From contig CAWAOD010000004.1 of the NCBI GenBank assembly GCA_963783575.1, positions 258,056-322,055 on the forward strand: 64,000 nt of DNA. Direction: 5' to 3'. Below the pieces are notes generated by a model, which worked only from the letters and a program-made list of their open reading frames with translations, ran no database searches and was not told the origin of the DNA. Positions 1 through 10,645 of the stretch are shown here, piece by piece (position 1 is the stretch's first letter; each line of letters starts with the position of its first letter). Made by a program: the position numbers and the translations under genes. The stretch comes from an uncultured Spirochaetota bacterium (GTDB taxonomy: Bacteria > Spirochaetota > Brevinematia > Brevinematales > JAOACQ01).

Positions 1-371
1 AAAACAATTATAATAACCCAGGGTTCTTTAATAAATAAACCGGTTAACACCATGCAGAACCATGACAATGCATGGATCCTGCTTGTAATTATGCTCAGTG
101 TCTTTCTCTTTTTAAACCGGTTGATAAATTTAGCTCCTATGAGCTGTGGAAATCCTATTCCGAGCTGATACAAACCCTGCAGAATGCCGATCTGGAATAC
201 CGAAGCCCCGAATAAAAGTGCAAACGGGACAATGTAATTTTCGGAAAAACCGAACATTACCGCCCATAAAATAGCGTCAAATATGGAATACATCAGCCCT
301 TTTTCAACATTCTTATCCGTAATCCTGCTAAAAAATTTATTATAAAAGAATCTTTTCAAAATATTTTTCAC
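1..371 (-). CDS. MFS transporter, N-terminal part (runs off the window start)
   Basis: Manual translation from GTG at 371 (AGGAG RBS upstream): MKNILKRFFYNK...GLMYSIFDAILWAVMFGFSENYIVPFALLFGASVFQIGILQGLYQLGIGFPQLIGA..., hydrophobic MFS-like helices. Confidence 0.7.
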   Translation of the reverse strand, partial: MKNILKRFFYNKFFSRITDKNVEKGLMYSIFDAILWAVMFGFSENYIVPFALLFGASVFQIGILQGLYQLGIGFPQLIGAKFINRFKKRKTLSIITSRIHALSWFCMVLTGLFIKEPWVIIIV

Positions 372-533
372 AAATACTCCTGATCTTCTATATTCAGTAT
401 AAAGCAAAATACAGCAGTTTTCAAGAGAGCTGCGCCGAAACACTCAGGATGGTTTTTAGTCAGTCATAAATTGACATAATTCAGGCTGCTTTTTAGCATA
501 TTATACTTTTATAAATGTTATAATATTAAGGAG

Positions 534-1400
534 ATGATCATGTTAAACATACAATCATTAATTCTCGGTATTATTCAGGGATTAACCGAATTTATTCCGA
601 TATCCAGCTCAGCGCATTTGATAATAGTCCCATGGCTTTTTAATTGGAGCGATCCGGCTTTAAACAGTCTTTCGTTTGATGTTGCGCTGCACCTGGGAAC
701 GCTGCTCGCTTTAATCGTTTATTTCGCTTCGGATTGGATTAAATTAATCAGGGCTGGAATTGATAGTATTATCGAGAAAAAGATAGGCGGTGATATGAAC
801 CGCCGTCTCGCCTGGTTCCTTGTAATAGGATGCATACCCGGCGGAATTGCCGGGTATCTTTTTGAAAGCAAAATTGATGAGATATTTCACTCGGATCCGA
901 TACAGCCTTCTTATATGATTGTACTGGGTATTATTATTGTTATTATGGGAGCGCTGCTCTTTTTAGCGGAACGGGTTGGGCGCCGCATAAGGAAAATGGA
1001 GAACTTATCCCTTCAGGATTCGATATTGATAGGATTTTCACAGGCTTTTTCAGTTTTTCCGGGAGTATCCCGTTCCGGGGCAACAATTACCGCCGGCCTT
1101 TTTCTCGGCCTTGAAAGGGAAGCAGCGGCCCGCTTCTCTTTTCTTCTTTCAGCTCCTATTATAGCGGGTGCGGGGCTTAAAAGCCTTTTGAAAATTTTTA
1201 AAGGCATACATTCGGGGCATATCAAGCATAATGAAATTATGATGTTTCCGATCGGTTTCCTGGCAGCCGCAGTGAGCGGTTATTTATGCATCAAATTCCT
1301 ACTCAGGTTTCTGCAGAAGAATAAGGTTGATATTTTCGTATATTACCGGTTTATCCTTGCTATAATTGTCATAATAATTGCCTTTCTTCGAATCAAATAA
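534..1400 (+). CDS. uppP: undecaprenyl-diphosphate phosphatase (BacA/UppP)
   Basis: Motifs QGLTEFIPISSSAH, LHLGT and PGVSRSGATI. Confidence 0.96.
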   Translation: MIMLNIQSLILGIIQGLTEFIPISSSAHLIIVPWLFNWSDPALNSLSFDVALHLGTLLALIVYFASDWIKLIRAGIDSIIEKKIGGDMNRRLAWFLVIGCIPGGIAGYLFESKIDEIFHSDPIQPSYMIVLGIIIVIMGALLFLAERVGRRIRKMENLSLQDSILIGFSQAFSVFPGVSRSGATITAGLFLGLEREAAARFSFLLSAPIIAGAGLKSLLKIFKGIHSGHIKHNEIMMFPIGFLAAAVSGYLCIKFLLRFLQKNKVDIFVYYRFILAIIVIIIAFLRIK

Positions 1401-1523
1401 AAGGGCAAAATACTTTAAGTGAAAACCATATCAATTCAATTGTCTTTCCTTGCAATATTTTATCTCTGTCTTATAATAAATACGGATTAAAAATTCTTTA
1501 TTAAAAGGAATACTAATCAGGTT

Positions 1524-2840
1524 ATGTTTAAAGATATTTTTAAAAACATCTCACCGGCTTTCATTATCATACCGCTTCTTTTGTCCGTTATTGGGCTGGT
1601 ATTTATATACAGTTCAAGCATTAACCCGGATGGCAGCAATTCCGGCCAGTTTGTCAAACAGCTGATCTGGATCATTCTGGGGTGTGCAGTCGCATTATTT
1701 ATTCTCAATATCGATTATTTCCGTCTTGTTGAAACATCTAATTATTTTTATATCACCGGGATTGTCCTGCTTATTATTGTGATTATTTTCGGGAAAAATA
1801 TTAGAGGGCATAAAAGCTGGATGGGGATTGGAGGATTGGGAATCCAGTTTTCCGAGATTATGAAGGTGGCATATATACTTTTTTTTGCCAAATATCTGGC
1901 CAATGCTCCTATAATCGAAAAGAAAATTCAGGTATTTTTCGTTTCCGTTTTAATTCTTGCCGCTCCTGTCGTTTTTATATTGCTTCAGCCGGATTTCGGA
2001 TCAACGCTTGTTTACCTGGCAATTTTTCTGGTCATGTCCTATCTTGGAATGGCGGATGATAAATTTATCAAATATGTGATATTCAGCGGCATATTTAGTT
2101 TATTGATGCTGTTCGCTGTAGGTTATTATAAATACTACCTTCGAAACGGAGGAACGACCGTTGAAATACTGGAAATACTTCTCAGTTTTAATACTTTTTT
2201 TATAATATCGCTGACAATGTTTTTATACAGTGCTTTTGCAATTATCATCGACTTTTTCAGGCCAGTCCGGATTGTGAAGACAATATTACCCTATACGCTA
2301 TGTACCGGAATCACATTTTTAGTATCGTCAATAGCGCTTAAAATATTCAAGCCTTATATGTGGAACAGAATTCTCGTAATGATTAGCCCTGAATTTGATA
2401 AAAGCGGCGCCGGTTACAACATTATCCAATCCAAAATCGCCATAGGCTCCGGAGGTTTTTTGGGAAAGGGGCTTTTCCGCGGAACTCAAAATATCCTGGG
2501 CTTTTTACCGGAAAAAAATACCGATTTTATTTTTTCAATAATTGGCGAGGAATTGGGGTTTATTGGAAGCAGTTTGATTGTGGCGATTTTTGTTGCTTAT
2601 TTCTTTATTATTACCCGTACAATCCAGAACGCCAAGGATAAGGAAGGAATGCTTGTCGCTAGCGGAATACTGGCACTTTTCTTTATGCATTTATTCATCA
2701 ACCTTGGAATGACTCTCGGAATAACGCCCGCTACTGGCGTTCCTCTGCCGTTTATCAGTTACGGCGGCTCTTCTTATATAACCTTCATCTGCGCCGCTGC
2801 ACTGGTCTGCAATATTTATTCCCGGCGTTTCGTTCATTAA
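1524..2840 (+). CDS. rodA: rod shape-determining SEDS peptidoglycan glycosyltransferase RodA
   Basis: LQPDFG, GYNIIQSKIAIGSGG, FLPEKNTDFIFS and TGVPLPFISYGGSS motifs; extra central TM segments. Confidence 0.9.
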   Translation: MFKDIFKNISPAFIIIPLLLSVIGLVFIYSSSINPDGSNSGQFVKQLIWIILGCAVALFILNIDYFRLVETSNYFYITGIVLLIIVIIFGKNIRGHKSWMGIGGLGIQFSEIMKVAYILFFAKYLANAPIIEKKIQVFFVSVLILAAPVVFILLQPDFGSTLVYLAIFLVMSYLGMADDKFIKYVIFSGIFSLLMLFAVGYYKYYLRNGGTTVEILEILLSFNTFFIISLTMFLYSAFAIIIDFFRPVRIVKTILPYTLCTGITFLVSSIALKIFKPYMWNRILVMISPEFDKSGAGYNIIQSKIAIGSGGFLGKGLFRGTQNILGFLPEKNTDFIFSIIGEELGFIGSSLIVAIFVAYFFIITRTIQNAKDKEGMLVASGILALFFMHLFINLGMTLGITPATGVPLPFISYGGSSYITFICAAALVCNIYSRRFVH

Positions 2841-2856
2841 GGAATATTCTTTTGAA

Positions 2857-3531
2857 ATGATTAACAAGGAGATTAAATTTATGAGTATTAACAATGAGGC
2901 AAACAAAATTCTTGACAACATTATAGAGAAACGCAGAACCGTCAGATCATTTAAAACAGATATTCCCGGGAAGGAAATGATTGAAGCGGTCATACATGCC
3001 GGTCTATGGGCTCCATATGCAGGATTGGCAGTAACAGGAGATCAGGATTTCCGTAAATTTTTTGTTATTCAAAACGGAAGTCCCTTATTAACGAAGATAA
3101 ATCAGCTTCTTAAGCATCAGTCCGTGATTTCGCTTGAACAAATGGGAAAGGGCTTCAAAGAAAATTCTTTTCTCAGGGAAAAATCAATACGCTTCTTAGA
3201 CCGGTTGTCTTCTATTGCAGAAAATGGGTTTCCGGAACTTGTGAATGCGCCATGTTTAATTATTATTGCGGAGCGAAAAGGTATACCGCCTTCAGAAAAG
3301 CAGAGCCTTGCGCATGTTGTTCAAAACATGTGGTTAAAAGCGACGGTTCTTGGACTCGGGTTAAGGTTGATTTCGATTATAGAAAGTCTTACTGAAAATA
3401 TGGATTTTTGCAGTCTTCTGGGATTAAAATTAGGTGAATTTGCTTTTAACGGCTGTATGCTAGGCTACGCTGACCAGGAATCGCAAGCGGGTAAACGTCC
3501 CGATGATAAAGAAGTCACAAAATGGCTTTAA
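2857..3531 (+). CDS. nitroreductase family protein
   Basis: RRTVRSF...AGLWAP N-terminal motif and QNMWLKATVLGLG. Confidence 0.85.
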   Translation: MINKEIKFMSINNEANKILDNIIEKRRTVRSFKTDIPGKEMIEAVIHAGLWAPYAGLAVTGDQDFRKFFVIQNGSPLLTKINQLLKHQSVISLEQMGKGFKENSFLREKSIRFLDRLSSIAENGFPELVNAPCLIIIAERKGIPPSEKQSLAHVVQNMWLKATVLGLGLRLISIIESLTENMDFCSLLGLKLGEFAFNGCMLGYADQESQAGKRPDDKEVTKWL

Positions 3532-3600
3532 AAAAAAGTGTACTGCTAAGAATTGAGCAGCGGGGAATTAACATAGGTCAAGTAGCCTGCCCTGAGCCTG

Positions 3601-5291
3601 CAGACTGTGTGAAAACTCAGTAAAATTTTATAGTAAAATCGATTAATTATACAAAAACTCCATTTTTTGATATATTTTTCAAGCTAAAAAAATCTTAGTT
3701 TAAAAAATCTATCCGAATACGATAAACGATGGTTTATTAGCATCAAACCAGAGTCATAAGTCTCTTTATTCCCAATATATTCAATACTTTTATTAAATTA
3801 TGAATGAATCCTGCCAAACTGGATTCCGTCAGAACGCCATCCTTTCCCTTCATTAAAAAATAACTGTAACCCATATTCCTTTTTATCGATCCAAATGGAT
3901 GTTCACATATCTCTTTCCTTTTCTCTATGATCTTTTTCCCGGCTTCAGAACGAATTTTCCTCTTGAAGTTCTCAATTTCTTCTTTTCTAACTGGTACTTT
4001 GATACTTCGTCCTTCCACGCTTTCAGTACACTTATTTCTTACTTCACATTGGCTGCATAAGCCGCACTTGTACCTGACTATCTCTTTTCCTCCATTGACC
4101 TTCTCTACTTTTTTCCCATTTCTCACTAATGGGTTTCCCTCCGGACAATAATAAACATTTTGTCCCGGATCATATTTGAATTTATCAACCTGGTATTCTT
4201 CAGCAGGTACTCCTTTATTATCTTCTTTGCCTCGAATCCTTGCCTTATGTCCGTCATCCGGATTCGGCATATATACGTTATGTCCCTTATCTATACATTC
4301 CAGTATCTGCGGTTCGCTGTAATAACCGGCATCCGATACTTTGACCGTTTCAGTCTCTACCTTAAGCTCGTCCTTTATTTCTTCTACTCGGTCACACATT
4401 CCTGCCATCTGTTTGATATCATTGTTTTCATTCGTCACATCAATCACCACAATCAGTTTATTAGCATCATCTACTGCCATCTGCAGATTATATGCAATGT
4501 CGGATTTCCCTTTATCATTCATAAACCGGCTTTCCGGGTCATTTGAATAATATTTCTCCATTTCAGGATTTCCCTCAAAAATCTTTTTAATAGCCTCAAC
4601 TTTATCCTTTTTTGTTTTCATTTTCTTTAAACGTTCCGCTATCTTTCCGGAAAGAAATTCAAATTCATTCTTTTCTTCCTTATCGTTCTTATCCATCTCA
4701 TTCAAATATTCTTCGATCTTTTGATCTATTCTATGTATGATTTCTTCTATGTTTTTCCTATGATAAACATTGTTATTGTGGTTTTGCGCACTGATCTTGG
4801 TTCCATCAATTCCAACAACGTCAAATGATAAAAGCCCGGCTTTATGACATATCTTCAAAAATTCTCTGAATATCGACTGTATTCCCTTCTTATTATCTTT
4901 CCTGAAGTCGGCAATCGTCTTGAAATCCGGCGCTAGTCGTCCAGTCAGCCACATCAACTCTGTGTTTCTTCGGCACTCTCTCTCTAATTTCCTGCTTGTC
5001 CTGATTTTATTCAAATATCCGTAAATATAGATTTTTAAAAGTATTTCGGATTTATATGAACTTCTGCCGGTTGATGCTTCTTTTACTTTAAAACCAACTC
5101 CTTTCATATTTAGCTTATCAACAAAAATATCTATAAACCTTACCGGATCTTCTTCTCCTAACAGATCTTCCAGTGTTTCATTGAACAGAACTATCTGATC
5201 CCTTGATTCTCCCTCAATATGCTTCATCTTTTACTCCGATTATTTTTGTTCTAATAATTATAGCATATTTACTGTGTTTTCACACAGTCTG
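3601..5291 (-). mobile_element. IS1182-family insertion sequence (about 1.69 kb)
   Basis: 24-bp terminal inverted repeats: CAGACTGTGTGAAAACTCAGTAAA (3601-3624) vs the reverse complement of 5268-5291 (1 mismatch), flanking the transposase. Confidence 0.9.
3743..5227 (-). CDS. IS1182-family DDE transposase
   Basis: LLKIYIYGYLNKIRTSRKLE, PDFKTIADFRKDN, IDGTK, DAGYYS, YYCPEG and EHPFGSIKR motifs. Confidence 0.95.
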   Translation of the reverse strand: MKHIEGESRDQIVLFNETLEDLLGEEDPVRFIDIFVDKLNMKGVGFKVKEASTGRSSYKSEILLKIYIYGYLNKIRTSRKLERECRRNTELMWLTGRLAPDFKTIADFRKDNKKGIQSIFREFLKICHKAGLLSFDVVGIDGTKISAQNHNNNVYHRKNIEEIIHRIDQKIEEYLNEMDKNDKEEKNEFEFLSGKIAERLKKMKTKKDKVEAIKKIFEGNPEMEKYYSNDPESRFMNDKGKSDIAYNLQMAVDDANKLIVVIDVTNENNDIKQMAGMCDRVEEIKDELKVETETVKVSDAGYYSEPQILECIDKGHNVYMPNPDDGHKARIRGKEDNKGVPAEEYQVDKFKYDPGQNVYYCPEGNPLVRNGKKVEKVNGGKEIVRYKCGLCSQCEVRNKCTESVEGRSIKVPVRKEEIENFKRKIRSEAGKKIIEKRKEICEHPFGSIKRNMGYSYFLMKGKDGVLTESSLAGFIHNLIKVLNILGIKRLMTLV

Positions 5292-5311
5292 ACGACGAAG
5301 GGGCACGCTTG

Positions 5312-6485
5312 TTAAAATTCTAAACCGGCAAAGAATCCTGGCCAGAACTGATTCTTGTCATTGCCCATCGGGAACTTATAGCCGGTAATAGGATTAATCG
5401 TATTCTGCCGGCCATAGTTTGCCATATAATTGAATGAAATGCCGGCTATTAATGATAAATGTTCATAAATCGGATATCCGGCAGCTATTCGTATGCTGGA
5501 AAGCATTCCGCAGAAATTTGTCGGTGAAGGTGTTGTCAGACCTATTGAACTTATAGTACCGTCTATATTCATATATAAATTTTTAAAATCTATGTGGCCG
5601 CCCAAACCCCAGGTTACTTTAAAGTACTTATAAGAAGTATCCAAACCTACTCCATAGATGTTATAAATATTTTTTGTTCCATGCCTGACGCCGGCATTCA
5701 CAAAACCCGATTCATCATACCAGGAAAAGCCGTGGGTAAAACCGTCTTTAACTATGCTGACAAGGCCGATCGGTCCCGTCAATGTCCTGAGAATAATTTA
5801 CCAAACCCAGCTGTAAACCGCTTGATTTGCCCGCCGACACATTAACTAACCCTGCCTGAATTCCGTCAAAATGATTCGCTATATTGACCTCGCCAGCCTG
5901 TATGCCTTCCATATCAAATAATAAATTAACTACACCGGTTTGTATATAGTTTACATTACTGGCGATATTGATAACGCCAGCCTGCGCCCATGCCGAGTTG
6001 AGTGAAAAATTGATTACGCCGAACTGAGCCCCTTCAATCCCGCCGGTATAATTAAGGGTTCCTGCTTGAACCCCTTTCATATTTTTAAGTGTCACATTGG
6101 CAACGCCGGATCCCTGAAAGCCGTATGTATTTCCGCCCGAAAAGTTAAGAATATGAGCGCCCTGGAAACCGATAACCTCTTCTCTTTCAATATTAATCAT
6201 CCCGGCTTCAAATCCCTGAAGTTTTGCCGAATATCCCGCAAGAATATTTATTGAAATAATTTTTATCATATTTCCTTCCGGCATACCGGAAGTACTGATA
6301 ATTGGAATGAATGAAATATCAAATGGTACGATGATGTAATCTTGCGTTTTTTTGCTGTCAGCATTTGTATGATTATCATTCTTTGACAGATTGCTGTTAG
6401 TTAAAGCAGAAGAGTCCTCAGGCCAGATAATTGCTGAAACACCTGCCTGGAATAAAACAATCATTAATACAATGAATCTATTCAT
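5312..6485 (-). pseudogene. secreted LA_2272-like surface repeat protein, frameshifted near 5775 (ORFs 5748-6485 and 5312-5782)
   Basis: Signal peptide, tandem GxQxGxxN repeats, and a C-terminal beta-strand region ending in F. The DG.PIGLVSIVKDG junction is split between two frames. Confidence 0.7.
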
Positions 6486-6509
6486 ATAAAAACTCCTTAT
6501 AATTTTAAT

Positions 6510-6525
6510 TGCATATAATGTGCCA
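6510..6525 (-). promoter_or_regulatory. putative sigma-54 (-24/-12) promoter
   Basis: Minus strand reads TGGCACATTATATGCA (GG and GC correctly spaced) just upstream of the AGGAG RBS and ATG at 6485. Confidence 0.55.
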
Positions 6526-6744
6526 CATAAATTCGATTTATTATTTTAAATTATTAGCATACAGTGGAAATATGGTAATTCATTGATATTAAAATAAATA
6601 TAAATTTAATAAAATCATGATTATTATGAATCACAATGAAGACAAGAAAAGATTAATAGAAATTTCATCAATAATGATATATCAACAGAGATTGGAAATT
6701 AATTTCCGATCCTTGAAGTGTTTTATTGAGGTGAATTTGAAAGT

Positions 6745-7695
6745 TCATGAAATGGATTTGTTTATTGGTCCGGTCATATGTTTTTTCGCATGAGGTTTTG
6801 ACACTTTTTGCATTAATATCAAATCCACGGCTTTTTCAGCGGCTTTTTTCACTTCCGGGCTTGGGTCATCAATCATTTTCTGAAGGATTAACATTACCGC
6901 CGGAAGGGTTTTGCTTATATGAGAAGCTGTAAGTCCAAGGCTTCTGGCGGCTTCCCATCTTACTGCGTCCGAATAATCCGATCCGGTCTTAAGAATCTTT
7001 ATTATTAAAAATGCCGCTTCTGTCATTTTAAAACCGGAAAGGGATCTGATTATCCTCCATATCATTAAATCATTGGCTATAAACCTGCCTGCAGCCTTTT
7101 TCAGGGCCTGGAAACCCGAATAGTTCCCTGTCCTTGATGTTAAGCTGCCCAGGGCATCGATTGCATGGGGGATTTTTAATAATTCATTTGAGTCTATTAC
7201 TTCAATTAAAGCGTTTATTGCGGTAAAAGAGGCTCGCTTATCGATACCGGCAATAGTTCTCGCGGCAAAATCCCTTATTAGCGGATAACCGGTTTTATTG
7301 AAACATTTTTCCGGCAGCCTGTTTTCCTGATTATCACCTATTTTACCGAGCAGATTTATCAAGTATGGAACCGCCGGTTCTCCTATATTTTGAAGGGCTT
7401 TCGATTGCGCTATACGGCAGTACAAAGATTTCTCATGCTTCATTGCCTCGCTAAGGGCGGGGATGGATTCCGGGGTTTTCAAACTTCCGAGAATCGCCGC
7501 CGCGGCCGTCCTGTGCGGCGCGTATTCATCAGTCAGCAGTTCAATCAACCGGTTTAAAGTCATTTTCCTGAACGGTCCTAAATCAATATTCTCAGGTGAA
7601 CCTCGTTCTATTCTTTTTTTCAGCTTTTTTCCGTCCGAATTATTCATACTATTTATGAAATTATGAATTTGGGTATAATCACCGGTAATTCTCAA
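6745..7695 (-). CDS. HEAT repeat (PBS lyase-like) protein
   Basis: Repeats such as RTAAAAILGSL, VRWEAARSLG and DPSPEVKKAAEKA. Confidence 0.8.
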   Translation of the reverse strand: MRITGDYTQIHNFINSMNNSDGKKLKKRIERGSPENIDLGPFRKMTLNRLIELLTDEYAPHRTAAAAILGSLKTPESIPALSEAMKHEKSLYCRIAQSKALQNIGEPAVPYLINLLGKIGDNQENRLPEKCFNKTGYPLIRDFAARTIAGIDKRASFTAINALIEVIDSNELLKIPHAIDALGSLTSRTGNYSGFQALKKAAGRFIANDLMIWRIIRSLSGFKMTEAAFLIIKILKTGSDYSDAVRWEAARSLGLTASHISKTLPAVMLILQKMIDDPSPEVKKAAEKAVDLILMQKVSKPHAKKHMTGPINKSIS

Positions 7696-7696
7696 A

Positions 7697-8053
7697 TTAA
7701 ATATTTAATTTCAGGCTTTTCTGAATTTCATCAAGAACAGCCTTTGCAGAAGGGACATTGTTTATAATAAAAGCGACCTTGGCGCATGGGTAATCGGCGC
7801 AGTAAGCGCAGTTTGCATATCCGTTTTTTATGCCGCATTTTCTAACCTCGCATATCCTGCAATGGCTGAAAAGAGTGCCGCTGTTTGATGTGCATCCCAT
7901 ACAGTTGATGTCCTCAGGTTTAAAAACATGATTAAACTGCTTTGTCCACAGTAAGGCCACTTTTTCCCTTTCGTTCTCATCGTTTTTCATTGTCGCCAGA
8001 TATGTCAAGCATTCGGCGCAGTTTAATCCGCAAAAAGCCGTCATTCTTTCCAC
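7697..8053 (-). CDS. DUF3795-family Cys-rich protein
   Basis: CGLNCAEC, CMGC, CRICEVRKC and CAYCADYPC pattern. Confidence 0.8.
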   Translation of the reverse strand: MERMTAFCGLNCAECLTYLATMKNDENEREKVALLWTKQFNHVFKPEDINCMGCTSNSGTLFSHCRICEVRKCGIKNGYANCAYCADYPCAKVAFIINNVPSAKAVLDEIQKSLKLNI

Positions 8054-8145
8054 ATTTATCCTCCGATTTCCATATTTTTGTTTTTTCCGGGAATTCCCAG
8101 AAGAATTGCTGCACTCATATCTTTTTCCATAATTTTATACAGATT

Positions 8146-8182
8146 ATTATAATTTGATAATCCTGACAGCAGTATGTCAGGA
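8146..8182 (-). promoter_or_regulatory. palindromic operator TCCTGACA-N6-TGTCAGGA plus -10 TATAAT for the DUF3795/HEAT operon
   Basis: Palindrome at 8161-8182; TATAAT (8146-8151, minus strand) lies 11 bp from the TGTCAG half-site. Confidence 0.65.
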
Positions 8183-8251
8183 ATCATAAATTGCAAATTA
8201 ATAAATTATAAGATAAAATGATTAATATAAATTCGATTTAAGGAATAGAAT

Positions 8252-10597
8252 ATGGAATTTAACAACCTTAACAATCAAAACAAAAATAATAAAAAAACAA
8301 TTGGTTTTATTATAAATGCATTCTCCGGATTCTCCAGTTATGAAAATCAATTATGGAATGGAGTCTATGAAGCGGCCGTGAGAAGAGATGTGAATCTGCT
8401 TTGTTATACCGGGGATAGAATAATATTAAATCCCGATAAAAAATATCAAAGCCTAAAAAACATAATCTATGAATTTATTGATAGAGAAACAATAGACGGT
8501 CTTTTATTGGCTACCAGCGCCGTGGCCAACCATATTTCACCGGAAGACTTTGCCGTGTACTGCGATCGATTTATACATAAAATGCTGGTAGTAAGTATCG
8601 GGGGAACAGAATTAAATATCCCGAAATGCCTGGTTGACAACAAAAAGGGAATGCATGACATAATCGCCCATATGATCGAGAAGCATCAAAAGCGGAAAAT
8701 ACTTTTTATCCGGGGACCTGAAGGCAGTGACGATGCTAAACAGAGATTTGAGGTTTATCAGGATGTCCTTAAAGAATACGGGATTCCATATGATCCTCAG
8801 CTCGTAATGATAGGGAATTTTGTCGATACAAGCGGATTTGAATTGACTAATGAAATGATCCTGAAGAAAAAAGCTGAATTTGATTGTATTGTCGCGTCGA
8901 ATGATGGTATGGCTATGGGAGCCATCCAGGCTTTGGTAAAAAACAATATCAGGGTACCTTACGATATTCCGGTCGTAGGTTTTGACGATATAGAAACCGC
9001 GGCATACCATAATCCCCCATTATCAACCGTACGCCAGCCGATCTTTAACCAGGCTAAAAATGCCGCCGAAATGCTGATCGATTTGATTGAAGGAAAAAAC
9101 GGCGACAATACCTTTTACCTTCCGACAGAAATAGTAATAAGGCAGTCCTGCGGGTGTTTTCCCGAATCAATTATTAAAGCCAAAGCCGCATTTAAAGAAA
9201 ACACGCAGGTAAATCCGCTAAAAACAGATCATATCATTATTTTTGAGCAGAGGATGAGAGAAATAATAGAAGAAATGAAAAAGATAGTTTTATCATCTGC
9301 ATATTCAAATGAAATGGAAATAGAAAAGTCTCTATCCGATCTGTATAAATCATTTTATAAGGAAGCATCCGGTAACAAGGATGCAAATATTCTTCAAACT
9401 CTTGATGAAATATTGGTCAAAGTAATTTCACAGGATGGCGATCTTTCAGTCTGGCAGGATGTTATCACGGTTTTACGGAATAAAAGTTATGAGATCATTT
9501 TTGATGAACAGATCAAATTAAATTCGGAAAACTTAATCCAGCAGGCAAGGATTCTATTGAGTGATTTTTCTCTTAGAGGCCATACCATAAAAAAGAATAA
9601 GGAGGACAGGGAAAGTTTTTATCTTCGGGAAGTATTACAGACTATAAGTACTAATTTTGAATTGCATGACCTTCTTCTTGTCGTTACCGGTGAACTTTCA
9701 AGGCTTAATATACCAGGCTGTTATATCTGTGAATTCGATGATAACGAATATATACCGCAGAGTGCAAAATTGCTTCTTGCTTACGATAAAAAAGACCAGA
9801 TAAACGAACTGTCTGGAAAAAACATTACAAGTTACAAATTTTCAACAATGGTACTTATTCCGAAAGATATTTTTCCAAAACATACTTTCAGGATGGTTAT
9901 TCAGCCGTTGATTTACAAGCAGAATAAAATCGGGTACGCATTATTTGAAATAGGCACAATGACCGGATATATCTATGAGTCAATCGGCGCCCAATTGAGC
10001 AGCTCGCTTCAAGGAGCTCATATTCTGAAAAAATCGGAACAGGCTGAAGAATATCTTAAGGCAAGGAATCTTCAAATCCAGTCTCTGGTTGTCCCTATGA
10101 TTGATTCCATAAAACGTATTTCGGAATTAACCCAGGAAAAGATGAAATCAATTCTTGATATTACCGATATGACGCGGAAGAGCTTCCGGGAAATTGCTGA
10201 AACAAATTCAATAATAGATAAGGTCGCGGAAAACATCAATAAGATGGCTGAAATAATAAATATTATCAACGAAATATCATCCACAGTCAATGTTGTCGCC
10301 CTGAACGCTTCAATTGAATCCACTCATGCCGGACAATATGGAAGCGGGTTTGCGATAATCGCAAAAGAGATTAAGAAACTGTCAGACAATACAAAAAAGA
10401 ATTCCGAAGAGATATCTAAAACATTGAAAGATGTAATCCAGAAAATCAAAGATTCCATATTAAAAAGTAATGATAGCATGAAAACATTCAAGGCTCAGGA
10501 AACGGGCGTTAATGAAATCCTGGATTCACTGAAAATAATATCATCAAATATGGAAGAACTTTCCAGCAGCAGCAAAGAAATTTTGAACCTGATGTAG
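8252..10597 (+). CDS. soluble chemoreceptor: LacI/GalR-type ligand-binding domain fused to an MCP signalling domain
   Basis: N-terminal NDGMAMG...VVGFDD...PLSTVRQP...IRQSCGC (LacI sensor); C-terminal VALNASIESTHAGQYGSGFAIIAKEIKKLS MCP hairpin; no obvious TM helix or HTH. Confidence 0.85.
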   Translation: MEFNNLNNQNKNNKKTIGFIINAFSGFSSYENQLWNGVYEAAVRRDVNLLCYTGDRIILNPDKKYQSLKNIIYEFIDRETIDGLLLATSAVANHISPEDFAVYCDRFIHKMLVVSIGGTELNIPKCLVDNKKGMHDIIAHMIEKHQKRKILFIRGPEGSDDAKQRFEVYQDVLKEYGIPYDPQLVMIGNFVDTSGFELTNEMILKKKAEFDCIVASNDGMAMGAIQALVKNNIRVPYDIPVVGFDDIETAAYHNPPLSTVRQPIFNQAKNAAEMLIDLIEGKNGDNTFYLPTEIVIRQSCGCFPESIIKAKAAFKENTQVNPLKTDHIIIFEQRMREIIEEMKKIVLSSAYSNEMEIEKSLSDLYKSFYKEASGNKDANILQTLDEILVKVISQDGDLSVWQDVITVLRNKSYEIIFDEQIKLNSENLIQQARILLSDFSLRGHTIKKNKEDRESFYLREVLQTISTNFELHDLLLVVTGELSRLNIPGCYICEFDDNEYIPQSAKLLLAYDKKDQINELSGKNITSYKFSTMVLIPKDIFPKHTFRMVIQPLIYKQNKIGYALFEIGTMTGYIYESIGAQLSSSLQGAHILKKSEQAEEYLKARNLQIQSLVVPMIDSIKRISELTQEKMKSILDITDMTRKSFREIAETNSIIDKVAENINKMAEIINIINEISSTVNVVALNASIESTHAGQYGSGFAIIAKEIKKLSDNTKKNSEEISKTLKDVIQKIKDSILKSNDSMKTFKAQETGVNEILDSLKIISSNMEELSSSSKEILNLM

Positions 10598-10645
10598 GCT
10601 TCATGGCGGGCTTAACAGATAATTTAATAATGAAAGAAGGCTTTT

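Noticed and set aside
5790..6250. Repetitive-looking segment as a possible CRISPR or tandem DNA repeat
   Set aside because: The repetition is at protein level (GxQxGxxN) only. No identical DNA repeats with spacers, and no cas genes, anywhere in the window.
10597..10645. Possible FMN riboswitch upstream of riboflavin synthase
   Set aside because: The intergenic gap is under 50 bp and has no RFN element features.
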